A stretch of 63,318 bases of DNA, counting the filler, from Conidiobolus incongruus B7586 (taxonomy: Eukaryota), in NCBI GenBank assembly GCA_000697335.1. It is 8 parts of 8 records of this genome, joined end to end, with 100 filler letters (N's around TTAATTAATTAA, not from the genome) between each part and the next. Parts side by side here need not be neighbours in the genome. Positions count along the whole stretch, not along the records: positions 48,312 to 52,559 come from JNEM01006008.1; positions 52,660 to 55,309 come from JNEM01006009.1; positions 55,410 to 61,226 come from JNEM01006014.1; positions 61,327 to 63,318 come from JNEM01006018.1; 4 more parts are not named here. One strand, given 5' to 3'. Position numbers and translations under genes: made by a program. Shown piece by piece: positions 48,312 to 62,124 of this stretch. The notes under the pieces were generated by a model that was given only the letters and a program-made list of their open reading frames with translations, searched no databases and was not told the DNA's origin. Within the stretch, counting starts at the first letter, position 1, and the number at the start of each line of letters is the position of its first letter.

Positions 48312-51300
48312 AGAACAAAATTTGTCACCAGATTACTAGAAAGATTGGGTGTGAGTGTCCATTTCAAAGAACCTGTCTTATTAGTTGGTGAAACTGGTAC
48401 TGGTAAAACAACCGTCGTTCAACATCTCGCCAAACTCCTTAATACCAATTTAATTGCTGTAAATCTGTCTCAACAAACGGACTCCTCAGAATTGCTTGGA
48501 GGTTTCAAACCAATCGATTCAAACGCTTTAGGCAAAATGCTCTATGCCAACTTTACAGATTTGCTCTATAAAACATTCCCTCAACAGGGTAATGAAATTT
48601 TGAATATGGCTCACAGTATTGTCAACAAGAAGCAATGGTTGAAATTAGCCAAATTAATTAAGAAAACTATTACCAAAGTCGAACAAACTTTTGCCGTTCA
48701 ATCCCCCACCAAAAAGCCCAAGACAAATGGAACAGATCGTATGGAACTCTTGTCAGATTGGCTGAAACTGTCAACACAGGTTCAAGATCTCGAAAATCAA
48801 TTAGCCAAATCAGATAAAGCTTTAGTATTTCAATTTATTAAAGGTACACTCACCAAAGCCATCGAAAATGGAGATTGGTTATTGCTCGACGAAATTAATT
48901 TGGCTACTACAGAAACTTTGGAATGTTTGAGTGGTCTTTTACAAGATTCTAACGGCTCTATCCTACTATCCGAAAAGGGCGATACCGAGCCAATTCGTAG
49001 ACATCCCAACTTTAGAGTGTTCGCTTGTATGAATCCCTCGACCGATGTTGGTAAGAAGGATTTACCTCCAGGGTTTAGAAACAGATTTACAGAGTTTTAT
49101 GTACCTTCTCCTGATACTAATCAAGAAGATTTAATTGCTATTATTGAGCTCTATATTTCAAAGCTGGCTCATGGCGACAACTCTGCCGTGATGGATGTAG
49201 TTGAATTCTATCAAAAATCTAAGCATCTTCAGATTTCTAGATCGATTGCTGATGGTGCCAATCAAGCTCCTCATTTTAGTATTCGTACACTTACTCGTGC
49301 ATTAAATTATGTCAGTCGCGTCACTTCCATTTTTGGACTTCGCCGTGCTTTGTTCGAAGGGTTGTCGATGTCATTCACTACTCAACTCATTCCAAAGAGT
49401 CAAAAAGCCATGAAAGATCTCCTATTCTCCACAGTTTTGAGAGTATATGACAATCCTCAACAAATACTAAGTCTGAATCCTAAACCTCTATCACTTGAGC
49501 AGAGAGACAAATACGTCCAATTCGGCTCCTATATCTTACCCAAAGGACCTTTGGAAATCAATCCCGCAGACACTGCAAAATATATTCAAACTGCATCTGT
49601 CAAGATCAATTTGCACAATTTGGCACGTGTTGTGATGGATGGAAGAGCTCCCGTTCTCATTCAAGGTCCCACCTCTGCCGGTAAAACAAGTATGATCGAG
49701 TATTTGGCTAAGAAGACCGGTCATAAATTCGTTCGTATCAACAATCATGAACACACTGATCTCCAAGAGTATATTGGATCTTACATTTCAAAAGACGGTA
49801 AACTGATCTTCCAAGAAGGTGCCTTAGTCGACGCCTTACGCAACGGCCACTGGATCGTACTTGACGAATTAAATTTAGCGCCTTCTGATGTTCTCGAAGC
49901 TCTCAATCGTTTATTGGACGACAATCGCGAATTATTAATTGCCGAAACGCAACAAATCGTCAAACCTCACCCTCACTTCATGCTATTTGCCACCCAAAAT
50001 CCAGCCGGGCTGTACGGAGGTCGTAAAACTCTGTCCCGAGCATTTCGCAATCGTTTCTTAGAGCTTCACTTTGACGAATTACCTGAAGACGAATTGGAAA
50101 TTATTTTGACGAATCGATGCAGTATCCCTCCCTCCCACTGTAAATTATTGGTCGAAACCTATACCACTCTTTTCAGAATTCGTAAAACTACCCGAATTTT
50201 CGACGGTAAACATTCTTTTATCACCCTTAGAGATTTGTTCAGATGGGCGAATCGTCACGCACAGGATAAACACGAATTAGCTAGGAATGGGTACATGATC
50301 TTAGCGGAACGTGTACGCAAACCCGAGGAAAAGCAAGCAATTTTGGAGGTTTTGGAAAAGGTCATGAAGACCAAGATTGATATTAATTTGATGTATAATG
50401 AATCACCTCAAATTCATGAAGCTTTCGACAAGTTGAAGAAATTGAACAAGTTTAATTCTATTGCTTGGACTAATGCCACAAAGAGACTGTACTCCCTCGT
50501 TTACGAATGTCTAAAGCATAAGGAACCCGTATTGTTGGTTGGTGAAACGGGATGTGGTAAAACAACAGTATGTCAAATCCTTTCCACAATTCTGGAGCAA
50601 GATTTAACCATTCTTAATTGTCACCAAAATACCGAATCTTCCGATATTTTGGGTAGTCAACGTCCCAACCGCAATCGCGTGTTAACATCCCAAGCTAGAC
50701 AATCGATCATTGATGTTATGCGACTAGCTTATCCTGAATCCTCCCAAGAAGATTGGATAAATTTGGACCCCAGTTCCCTCGCCGACAACTTTTTGAAATT
50801 AGCTCAAATTCCCTCCAACTCTAATCCACTTTCGCCACACGTTGCGAATGGCACTATATCTGTCCAATTACTTGAAGATTTGAAAGCTCAGTGCCAAAGC
50901 TTTTCCGAACTCTTCACATGGCACGACGGCCCTCTCATCCAGTCTATGAAGCAGGGTGGTCTGTTCCTCCTTGATGAAATTTCCCTCGCTGAAGATTCCG
51001 TCCTAGAACGTTTGAACAGTGTTTTGGAACCTGAAAGAACTTTGTTCTTAGCTGAAAAGAGCTCAGAAACCAATGAATCTTTGACTGCTGTGGAAGCTTT
51101 CCGATTCTTAGCTACCATGAATCCTGGTGGTGACTATGGTAAAAAAGAACTATCTCCTGCTTTGAGGAATCGTTTCACCGAAATTTGGGTCCCTATGGTT
51201 GAAGAGCGCTCGGATTTGGAGATTATAATTCGCAAGCAGTTGGATCGTTTAAGTGATTCCGATGCCGTCGAATACTCCAACCGCATCTTGGACTTTATCG

Positions 51301-52559
51301 AATGGTTCGGTAAAGATATCGTTAAATCCGAATCCAAACAATTATTCAGTATTCGTGACATTTTGTCATGGGCTAACTTTATCAATCTCAACTATTCCGA
51401 TAGAGCCGATCTTCACTCTCTCTTCGTCCACGGTGGTTGTGTAGTATTTTTAGATGGGTTGGGTTCCAACTCCTCCATGGTCAGTTTGTCAATGACGGGT
51501 CAACATCAAATTTACGAATTACGCAAGAAGTGCTTAGAAAAATTAGGCAATAATCAAATTCCCAGCGATGATTTGAAACGCGATTTCTATCGCTTTGCAA
51601 TGGATGAATCTGATGACGATGTGCAGTACGCCCAGAGTTTGGTTTACGATTCTCAATCCGAATTTGGTATTGGTCCCTTCCGAATTCCCAAGAATAATCA
51701 TGCTCCCAGCAAGAATTTCTTTTCGATCGACGCTCCTACCACCTTCGACAACGTTCGCAGAGTGTTGAGAGGCTTGCGTATCGGTAAATCTATTATGCTC
51801 GAAGGCAGCCCGGGTGTGGGTAAGACCAGTTTGATCCAAGCTTTGGCGGACATGTCCGGCAACAAGTTGGTTAGAATTAATCTCTCAGAACAGACCGATC
51901 TCATCGATCTCTTCGGTACTGACTTACCCGTAGAAGGCGGCAAAGGCGGTGAATTCTGCTGGCGAGATGCACCATTTTTGCAAGCTATGCAGAATGGCTG
52001 GTGGGTATTATTAGATGAAATTAACTTGGCGTCCCAATCCGTCCTCGAAGGTCTGAACTCATGCTTAGATCATCGTGGCACCGTCTACCTCCCCGAACTC
52101 GACAAGGAATTCACGAAAGCGCCCGGTTTCCTCATGTTTGCAGCCCAGAATCCATTGCAGCAGGGTGGCGGTCGCAAAGGTTTGCCCAAATCCTTCATCA
52201 ATAGATTTACTCAAGTGTACATCGAACCACTCTTGACTAAAGATTTGCAAATTATTTGTAAGAGATCTTTTCCACAAATCGAATCTTCGTTGGTTGATAA
52301 GATTTTACAATTCAACAGTCAGTTGCACCACTTGACCATGGTCGAAAACAAATTCGGTAAGTTAGGTCAGCCTTGGGAATTCAATTTGAGAGATGTGTTC
52401 AGACTTCTCACATTACTCACTAAGGATGTGTTATGTGATAGGAATTCCCAATTACCACTGAGACCTGAATACTATTTGGATGTGATTTATTTGCAAAGAA
52501 TGAGAAGTTTGGAAGATCGCCAAGCTCTTCTGGATCTGTATTTCAGTATTTTCGGCAAG
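48312..52559 (+). CDS. MDN1: Midasin (Rea1) AAA+ ATPase, internal fragment, contig 1
   Basis: Tandem AAA modules GETGTGKT, GPTSAGKT, GETGCGKT and GSPGVGKT, each with an LLDE-type Walker B and an NRF-type motif. Open at both gaps. Confidence 0.96.
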
Positions 52560-52659
52560 NNNNNNNNNNNNNNNNNNNNNNNNNNNNNNNNNNNNNNNNN
52601 NNNTTAATTAATTAANNNNNNNNNNNNNNNNNNNNNNNNNNNNNNNNNNNNNNNNNNNN

Positions 52660-55309
52660 CTTGCCGAAAATACTGAAATACAGATCCAGAAGAGCTTGGC
52701 GATCTTCCAAACTTCTCATTCTTTGCAAATAAATCACATCCAAATAGTATTCAGGTCTCAGTGGTAATTGGGAATTCCTATCACATAACACATCCTTAGT
52801 GAGTAATGTGAGAAGTCTGAACACATCTCTCAAATTGAATTCCCAAGGCTGACCTAACTTACCGAATTTGTTTTCGACCATGGTCAAGTGGTGCAACTGA
52901 CTGTTGAATTGTAAAATCTTATCAACCAACGAAGATTCGATTTGTGGAAAAGATCTCTTACAAATAATTTGCAAATCTTTAGTCAAGAGTGGTTCGATGT
53001 ACACTTGAGTAAATCTATTGATGAAGGATTTGGGCAAACCTTTGCGACCGCCACCCTGCTGCAATGGATTCTGGGCTGCAAACATGAGGAAACCGGGCGC
53101 TTTCGTGAATTCCTTGTCGAGTTCGGGGAGGTAGACGGTGCCACGATGATCTAAGCATGAGTTCAGACCTTCGAGGACGGATTGGGACGCCAAGTTAATT
53201 TCATCTAATAATACCCACCAGCCATTCTGCATAGCTTGCAAAAATGGTGCATCTCGCCAGCAGAATTCACCGCCTTTGCCGCCTTCTACGGGTAAGTCAG
53301 TACCGAAGAGATCGATGAGATCGGTCTGTTCTGAGAGATTAATTCTAACCAACTTGTTGCCGGACATGTCCGCCAAAGCTTGGATCAAACTGGTCTTACC
53401 CACACCCGGGCTGCCTTCGAGCATAATAGATTTACCGATACGCAAGCCTCTCAACACTCTGCGAACGTTGTCGAAGGTGGTAGGAGCGTCGATCGAAAAG
53501 AAATTCTTGCTGGGAGCATGATTATTCTTGGGAATTCGGAAGGGACCAATACCAAATTCGGATTGAGAATCGTAAACCAAACTCTGGGCGTACTGCACAT
53601 CGTCATCAGATTCATCCATTGCAAAGCGATAGAAATCGCGTTTCAAATCATCGCTGGGAATTTGATTATTGCCTAATTTTTCTAAGCACTTCTTGCGTAA
53701 TTCGTAAATTTGATGTTGACCCGTCATTGACAAACTGACCATGGAGGAGTTGGAACCCAACCCATCTAAAAATACTACACAACCACCGTGGACGAAGAGA
53801 GAGTGAAGATCGGCTCTATCGGAATAGTTGAGATTGATAAAGTTAGCCCATGACAAAATGTCACGAATACTGAATAATTGTTTGGATTCGGATTTAACGA
53901 TATCTTTACCGAACCATTCGATAAAGTCCAAGATGCGGTTGGAGTATTCGACGGCATCGGAATCACTTAAACGATCCAACTGCTTGCGAATTATAATCTC
54001 CAAATCCGAGCGCTCTTCAACCATAGGGACCCAAATTTCGGTGAAACGATTCCTCAAAGCAGGAGATAGTTCTTTTTTACCATAGTCACCACCAGGATTC
54101 ATGGTAGCTAAGAATCGGAAAGCTTCCACAGCAGTCAAAGATTCATTGGTTTCTGAGCTCTTTTCAGCTAAGAACAAAGTTCTTTCAGGTTCCAAAACAC
54201 TGTTCAAACGTTCTAGGACGGAATCTTCAGCTAGGGAAATTTCATCAAGGAGGAACAGACCACCCTGCTTCATAGACTGGATGAGAGGGCCGTCGTGCCA
54301 TGTGAAGAGTTCGGAAAAGCTTTGGCACTGAGCTTTCAAATCTTCAAGTAATTGGACAGATATAGTGCCATTCGCAACGTGTGGCGAAAGTGGATTAGAG
54401 TTGGAGGGAATTTGAGCTAATTTCAAAAAGTTGTCGGCGAGGGAACTGGGGTCCAAATTTATCCAATCTTCTTGGGAGGATTCAGGATAAGCTAGTCGCA
54501 TAACATCAATGATCGATTGTCTAGCTTGGGATGTTAACACGCGATTGCGGTTGGGACGTTGACTACCCAAAATATCGGAAGATTCGGTATTTTGGTGACA
54601 ATTAAGAATGGTTAAATCTTGCTCCAGAATTGTGGAAAGGATTTGACATACTGTTGTTTTACCACATCCCGTTTCACCAACCAACAATACGGGTTCCTTA
54701 TGCTTTAGACATTCGTAAACCAGGGAGTACAGTCTCTTTGTGGCATTAGTCCAAGCAATAGAATTAAACTTGTTCAATTTCTTCAACTTGTCGAAAGCTT
54801 CATGAATTTGAGGTGATTCATTATACATCAAATTAATATCAATCTTGGTCTTCATGACCTTTTCCAAAACCTCCAAAATCGCTTGCTTTTCCTCGGGCTT
54901 GCGCACACGTTCCGCTAAGATCATATACCCATTCCTAGCTAATTCGTGTTTATCCTGTGCGTGACGATTCGCCCATCTGAATAAATCTCTAAGGGTGATA
55001 AAAGAATGTTTACCGTCGAAAATTCGGGTAGTTTTACGAATTCTGAAAAGAGTGGTATAGGTTTCGACTAATAATTTACAGTGGGAGGGAGGGATACTGC
55101 ATCGATTCGTCAAAATAATTTCCAATTCGTCTTCAGGTAATTCGTCAAAGTGAAGCTCTAAGAAACGATTGCGAAATGCTCGGGACAGAGTTTTACGACC
55201 TCCGTACAGCCCGGCTGGATTTTGGGTGGCAAATAGCATGAAGTGAGGGTGAGGTTTGACGATTTGTTGCGTTTCGGCAATTAATAATTCGCGATTGTCA
55301 TCCAATAAA
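52660..55309 (-). CDS. MDN1: Midasin internal fragment, contig 2 (redundant with contig 1)
   Basis: Reverse complement of ~49910-52559 with identical protein and a few synonymous differences. Confidence 0.9.
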
Positions 55310-55409
55310 NNNNNNNNNNNNNNNNNNNNNNNNNNNNNNNNNNNNNNNNNNNNTTAATTAATTAANNNNNNNNNNNNNNNNNNNNNNNNNNNNNNNNNNN
55401 NNNNNNNNN

Positions 55410-58400
55410 TGAAACTGTATAATTAGAGCAAACGAATTGGAACAAACCGAAATTGATACTCTTGATGTATGCTTTAAGCTGAGCCAAAATATCTTTCAAA
55501 TTGTTGACATCGCGATCATGCTTGATCCTAGCATTAAATAACTTATTCGCTATCAAATGATAAGCACCAACTAACTGGCAAAACTTATTGGACTTGTCGA
55601 CTGAATACTTTTCGAAACATTGGACTAATTGTGATAGCGAGAATAGAGTCTTTTCCATATCGAGCCAGTAAGGATCCTTGGGAATTTGAGTTCTTTGGGA
55701 CAATAATTGCAATGAACCCAACGTACTCGCGTGATATTTAGCTAAATTGACTAGTGGCAAATTCTGAGACGCGTTCAACATTCTCAAAATTGACATGGTC
55801 GTCACTGACTGGAACAGTTGTGTAGGTCCAAATAATGTTGACGAAGTGGGATTATTATTGAAGGAGGTGGGCAACAGGTGATTGAAACTGACTGTCCAAT
55901 GTCTCGAGAACCACAAATTCATCATTTCAAGAAGGATGGCTACAACTTTTTGGGGAGATGTAGATCCCGACTCTAAACTCCAGAGCATCAATTGGTGGGC
56001 GAAGAAATCAGTAACGGGTCGCGAACTGTGGGACAGCGATTGGATCAACCACTTTTCAAAGTCAGATCGAATATTAGGTAGAGATTGATATTGGAGGGAT
56101 GTAGCCTCCCAAATTCTTGAAATGTAGTCACTTTCCGAACTGATGGACAAGTTGTCGAAAATTGAGATAGCGGAAACGAATACGGGATCGGTATCCTGCG
56201 TCAATTTGGAAGTTTTAGTATAATCGTCTTTCAGCTTATGGATGTGGGCCAAGTAGTCATTCACGGAAGTTTTTACGAGGCCTTTGAGCTCTTCGGTATT
56301 GGGATTGCCAAATTTCATAATGTACAGACTGGCTAACGCTTTCAATGTGGTGCGTTCAATACCTTCAGAACGTTGTAGGAAAGGAATGTTGAAGCCGGTA
56401 TCAGACATGTTGGTGTACAAATCCACGGTTTGTAACTGAAGTGCGATATGATCCAACAATTCCCGCTGATCGATACTCGTCAATGTAAGTCCGTGCAATT
56501 TGTTCCAAATGCGTTTCATAGACTTGTTGGATGACACGTCAATAAATTCAAATATGGAGTTAGCAATCTTTTCAACCATTGCGAAGCTCTCCAAATTGTT
56601 AAAATTATTAGCAGCCTTTGAAATTTTTTGGACAAGGATGCCGAATTTGGAATAATCTAACTGAACCTCGTCAGTGTAGGTGTAAAATTCACGAATTTGA
56701 GTAACCAAGTCACTCAAGTGAGATTCCTTAGATCTTAAATTCATTCCAATAGAAAACACTACAGCTTGGGCCAGTTGCAAACAAGCTTTGAAGAATGGAT
56801 AGAACAGTGTAACAAGCTCAGGATCTTGACAATTGGGATAGTTTTGATACAGTTCAAATCGTAAACTCTGTTCGATCAGTGTCCATCCAGTGATCTTTTG
56901 AGCGCATTGAGTTTGGAAGCGTTGGTGCAAGTGTTCGAGGGAGTAGTATTGGGGTAGAATTCGCAGCTGCTGGCACAGTTGGTTGATCGCTTGCCACGTG
57001 TTGGTGACAGGTTCGACATTGATGCTTTCGATACGCTGTTTCAACGAGATGTAGAAACTGGTATTGGCTGGAAGGTACACAGGTTGGGACTTGAACAATT
57101 CTGTAGAAATATCCAACTGTTGAGCAAGTTGTTCATACAATTGGTTGAGCGTTTGGAATAAGGGATTGGAATCCAGTTCACTCAAGAATCTGACATAGTG
57201 CTCGACAATGTGATTCGAATTCGATTGGCCTTCAAAAATTCGATTCAAAATTAAAATCCTCAATTGGTAATCGTTACCAGTTGTCATTTCGACAAAGTAA
57301 GACAATGCAATATTCAATTTAGAAATCCATGAATCGTCCAGCATGTCGGGGACATTCGATACCAAATCCATAAGATAGGCAGCTTGGAGACGGATAATAA
57401 ACAGTTGGGAGTCGTAAGAAATCAATTCAGATGGAGGTTTACGGAGAGCTTGGGCAAGTTCTTGCTCATCAACCATTCTAGAAGACAGTAACTGAGTGAT
57501 TTCGTTGGGTTGCAACTTGTAGACAGTTTGGATAGATTCAAACAAGGCTCTATCGAAGGAGTAACCCCTCTGCATACGTTCAGATACCCACTGGATCAGG
57601 AAGGCCAAATCACGGGACCTTCCTTGCACCAGTTCGAAAGCTTGAAGCTCTTTGGTGGGGTTGGATACCAAATGGTGCAAGATGTAAATGGCTTGGATTT
57701 GATTGGCATCAATAATACCTTTACTTTGCGCAATTTGGAATGAATCTAACCAGTTCAAGGACCAATCGGATGTGGGTGGGAAACAGATTTCAATACCACG
57801 ATTTCTCATGGGACGAGATAGTTCACCATAGGAGGGATCCATCGTCAAGAAGATGCGGAAGTTGGGGTGAGGGTGGACCCAGTATACTTCACCATTGGCT
57901 TTAAGACCACGTTCGTGCACCATGAGAGATCCGTTGGTTTCAAGGAGAGGGTTGAGACGATCCAAAACGGAGGGATGACATAGGTTGGCATTGTCGATGA
58001 GTAACCAGTGGCCTTGCTCCATAGCGGTGACCAGAGGACCATCGACCCATTCGAATCTTCCAGAAACAGATTGCTGAAGTAAAGATTGAAGTTGATTGTA
58101 AAGAGATATAATAGGCTGAACCCAAGCATTTTGGCACAAATTCTTATCCAAGTTGAGAGCTTGAATGACAGTGCTAATCAAATTGATAATGGACTGAACG
58201 ATAAAGTCAAAACTCTCGGAAGATTTCAAAGACTGGACCTGGTATTTTAACTGTTCTAGAGCACTGAGATGGGTTAACAACTGATTGCGGTTGTCGGCAT
58301 GAAGAGATTGGGTTACGGTAAGATGAATCTGACCGATTACATCCATGATCAGATCCTGAAGCTTCTGTCTGTAGCGAGTGGGCTCCATCTGTTCGAAACC

Positions 58401-61226
58401 ACCCAACAGCTCCATAGCGTCGACACCGGAATTCATAGAGAATTCGACCAACTTGTTTTGTGTTACAGATGCGAGCCACTTGACGACGCTGGACTTGCCG
58501 CATGCTTGGGGACCGATTAAAATGGACATCCATCCCATTTCCACACATTTCATCATGCTTTCAATCACTTGAAGTTGGGATTGTAACAGGAGACATGGTG
58601 AGGGTTGTAACGAGATAGCGACTTGAGACGATTTGGATAGTATGGATTTACCAATTCGAATCAAATCATGGTTCAATGAGTAAGTAATGGGAGGTTGAAT
58701 GAGATTTTCGTATTGCTTGCCGAAAATACTGAAATACAGATCCAGAAGAGCTTGGCGATCTTCCAAACTTCTCATTCTTTGCAAATAAATCACATCCAAA
58801 TAGTATTCAGGTCTCAGTGGTAATTGGGAATTCCTATCACATAACACATCCTTAGTGAGTAATGTGAGAAGTCTGAACACATCTCTCAAATTGAATTCCC
58901 AAGGCTGACCTAACTTACCGAATTTGTTTTCGACCATGGTCAAGTGGTGCAACTGACTGTTGAATTGTAAAATCTTATCAACCAACGAAGATTCGATTTG
59001 TGGAAAAGATCTCTTACAAATAATTTGCAAATCTTTAGTCAAGAGTGGTTCGATGTACACTTGAGTAAATCTATTGATGAAGGATTTGGGCAAACCTTTG
59101 CGACCGCCACCCTGCTGCAATGGATTCTGGGCTGCAAACATGAGGAAACCGGGCGCTTTCGTGAATTCCTTGTCGAGTTCGGGGAGGTAGACGGTGCCAC
59201 GATGATCTAAGCATGAGTTCAGACCTTCGAGGACGGATTGGGACGCCAAGTTAATTTCATCTAATAATACCCACCAGCCATTCTGCATAGCTTGCAAAAA
59301 TGGTGCATCTCGCCAGCAGAATTCACCGCCTTTGCCGCCTTCTACGGGTAAGTCAGTACCGAAGAGATCGATGAGATCGGTCTGTTCTGAGAGATTAATT
59401 CTAACCAACTTGTTGCCGGACATGTCCGCCAAAGCTTGGATCAAACTGGTCTTACCCACACCCGGGCTGCCTTCGAGCATAATAGATTTACCGATACGCA
59501 AGCCTCTCAACACTCTGCGAACGTTGTCGAAGGTGGTAGGAGCGTCGATCGAAAAGAAATTCTTGCTGGGAGCATGATTATTCTTGGGAATTCGGAAGGG
59601 ACCAATACCAAATTCGGATTGAGAATCGTAAACCAAACTCTGGGCGTACTGCACATCGTCATCAGATTCATCCATTGCAAAGCGATAGAAATCGCGTTTC
59701 AAATCATCGCTGGGAATTTGATTATTGCCTAATTTTTCTAAGCACTTCTTGCGTAATTCGTAAATTTGATGTTGACCCGTCATTGACAAACTGACCATGG
59801 AGGAGTTGGAACCCAACCCATCTAAAAATACTACACAACCACCGTGGACGAAGAGAGAGTGAAGATCGGCTCTATCGGAATAGTTGAGATTGATAAAGTT
59901 AGCCCATGACAAAATGTCACGAATACTGAATAATTGTTTGGATTCGGATTTAACGATATCTTTACCGAACCATTCGATAAAGTCCAAGATGCGGTTGGAG
60001 TATTCGACGGCATCGGAATCACTTAAACGATCCAACTGCTTGCGAATTATAATCTCCAAATCCGAGCGCTCTTCAACCATAGGGACCCAAATTTCGGTGA
60101 AACGATTCCTCAAAGCAGGAGATAGTTCTTTTTTACCATAGTCACCACCAGGATTCATGGTAGCTAAGAATCGGAAAGCTTCCACAGCAGTCAAAGATTC
60201 ATTGGTTTCTGAGCTCTTTTCAGCTAAGAACAAAGTTCTTTCAGGTTCCAAAACACTGTTCAAACGTTCTAGGACGGAATCTTCAGCTAGGGAAATTTCA
60301 TCAAGGAGGAACAGACCACCCTGCTTCATAGACTGGATGAGAGGGCCGTCGTGCCATGTGAAGAGTTCGGAAAAGCTTTGGCACTGAGCTTTCAAATCTT
60401 CAAGTAATTGGACAGATATAGTGCCATTCGCAACGTGTGGCGAAAGTGGATTAGAGTTGGAGGGAATTTGAGCTAATTTCAAAAAGTTGTCGGCGAGGGA
60501 ACTGGGGTCCAAATTTATCCAATCTTCTTGGGAGGATTCAGGATAAGCTAGTCGCATAACATCAATGATCGATTGTCTAGCTTGGGATGTTAACACGCGA
60601 TTGCGGTTGGGACGTTGACTACCCAAAATATCGGAAGATTCGGTATTTTGGTGACAATTAAGAATGGTTAAATCTTGCTCCAGAATTGTGGAAAGGATTT
60701 GACATACTGTTGTTTTACCACATCCCGTTTCACCAACCAACAATACGGGTTCCTTATGCTTTAGACATTCGTAAACGAGGGAGTACAGTCTCTTTGTGGC
60801 ATTAGTCCAAGCAATAGAATTAAACTTGTTCAATTTCTTCAACTTGTCGAAAGCTTCATGAATTTGAGGTGATTCATTATACATCAAATTAATATCAATC
60901 TTGGTCTTCATGACCTTTTCCAAAACCTCCAAAATTGCTTGCTTTTCCTCGGGTTTGCGTACACGTTCCGCTAAGATCATGTACCCATTCCTAGCTAATT
61001 CGTGTTTATCCTGTGCGTGACGATTCGCCCATCTGAACAAATCTCTAAGGGTGATAAAAGAATGTTTACCGTCGAAAATTCGGGTAGTTTTACGAATTCT
61101 GAAAAGAGTGGTATAGGTTTCGACCAATAATTTACAGTGGGAGGGAGGGATACTGCATCGATTCGTCAAAATAATTTCCAATTCGTCTTCAGGTAATTCG
61201 TCAAAGTGAAGCTCTAAGAAACGATT
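55410..61226 (-). CDS. MDN1: Midasin internal fragment, contig 3 (extends through the sixth AAA module into the linker)
   Basis: Overlaps contigs 1 and 2, then continues with GPQACGKS, LLIDNANLC and RPMRNRGIE followed by a helical linker. Confidence 0.95.
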
Positions 61227-61326
61227 NNNNNNNNNNNNNNNNNNNNNNNNNNNNNNNNNNNNNNNNNNNNTTAATTAATTAANNNNNNNNNNNNNNNNNN
61301 NNNNNNNNNNNNNNNNNNNNNNNNNN

Positions 61327-61393
61327 CAATCTGGCCTACAGAATGGCTGTGTCAGTGTCCTCAATGACGCTCCAAGAGCTAATAACCGTGACA
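61327..61393 (+). mobile_element. Terminal 67 bp of the same LTR family, 10 bp upstream of tRNA-Ala; truncated by gap
   Basis: Exact reverse complement of 26247-26313, ending ..TAATAACCGTGACA. Confidence 0.9.
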
Positions 61394-61403
61394 CAATTTA
61401 AAA

Positions 61404-61476
61404 GGGGAATTAGCTCAAATGGTAGAGCGCTCGCTTAGCATGCGAGAGGCACGGGGATCGATACCCCGATTCTCCA
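61404..61476 (+). tRNA. tRNA-Ala(AGC)
   Basis: GGGGAATTAGCTCAAATGGTAGAGCGCTCGCTTAGCATGCGAGAGGCACGGGGATCGATACCCCGATTCTCCA has G3:U70, anticodon AGC, the eukaryotic Ala ATCGA T-loop and a downstream T4. Confidence 0.96.
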
Positions 61477-61816
61477 TGTTTTAAAACTTGTTTTTTATTT
61501 ACAAATATTTTCAATATGAACACTCTTAATATTTTAACTTCTAAAATGTAAAAAATTAATATTATTAGTTTTGATTATATTTTTCATTTGATACAAATGA
61601 TACGATCAATATCATTAACTATTATAGATGATAAGTATATTTTTCCTGATCAGTCAATTTTATTGGTTCTTGCTATAATACGTTAGCAGATTAATTACAC
61701 TTTGTTCATAATAGTTGAACAATTTCAAAATATATTTGAGCAGTCGAGGCTCAAAATTTTAATTCATACTTCAGCAATATTTATTGTTATCACCTAATAT
61801 TCTCACAAAAAAATTG

Positions 61817-61946
61817 ATTGGCTCAGAAGCATACAAAACAAAGATATCAATTTGTCAAACATCAGCAGTGATTGGCTAATTTCGTGACCTACTTCAACTC
61901 CATGGCTAATTGGCTAAAGTCTCGAATTGTTCGCGAATTTGATTGG
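61817..61946 (+). promoter_or_regulatory. Putative MCM3 promoter: four inverted CCAAT boxes and a TTCGCGAA element
   Basis: ATTGG at 61817, 61871, 61909 and 61942; palindrome TTCGCGAA at 61930-61937; TATAAAA ~20 bp after the last ATTGG. Confidence 0.5.
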
Positions 61947-62124
61947 ACGAAGTAAAAATATTAGTATAAAAGAAAAAATTCCTTGTAGTTTAATTTCAAT
62001 TACATCTATCATATCCAATAGCTCAATTAACTAACTTTAATAAGAGCATATTAAATTAATCAAAGATAATATTACAATAAGTTCATAATCTTTTAAAACA
62101 TAAATATAAAGATAATTAGCCAAA

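Noticed and set aside
49910..55309. Apparent 2.65-kb perfect palindrome of midasin
   Set aside because: Centred on an artificial spacer with both arms ending at the same base; best explained by redundant contigs.
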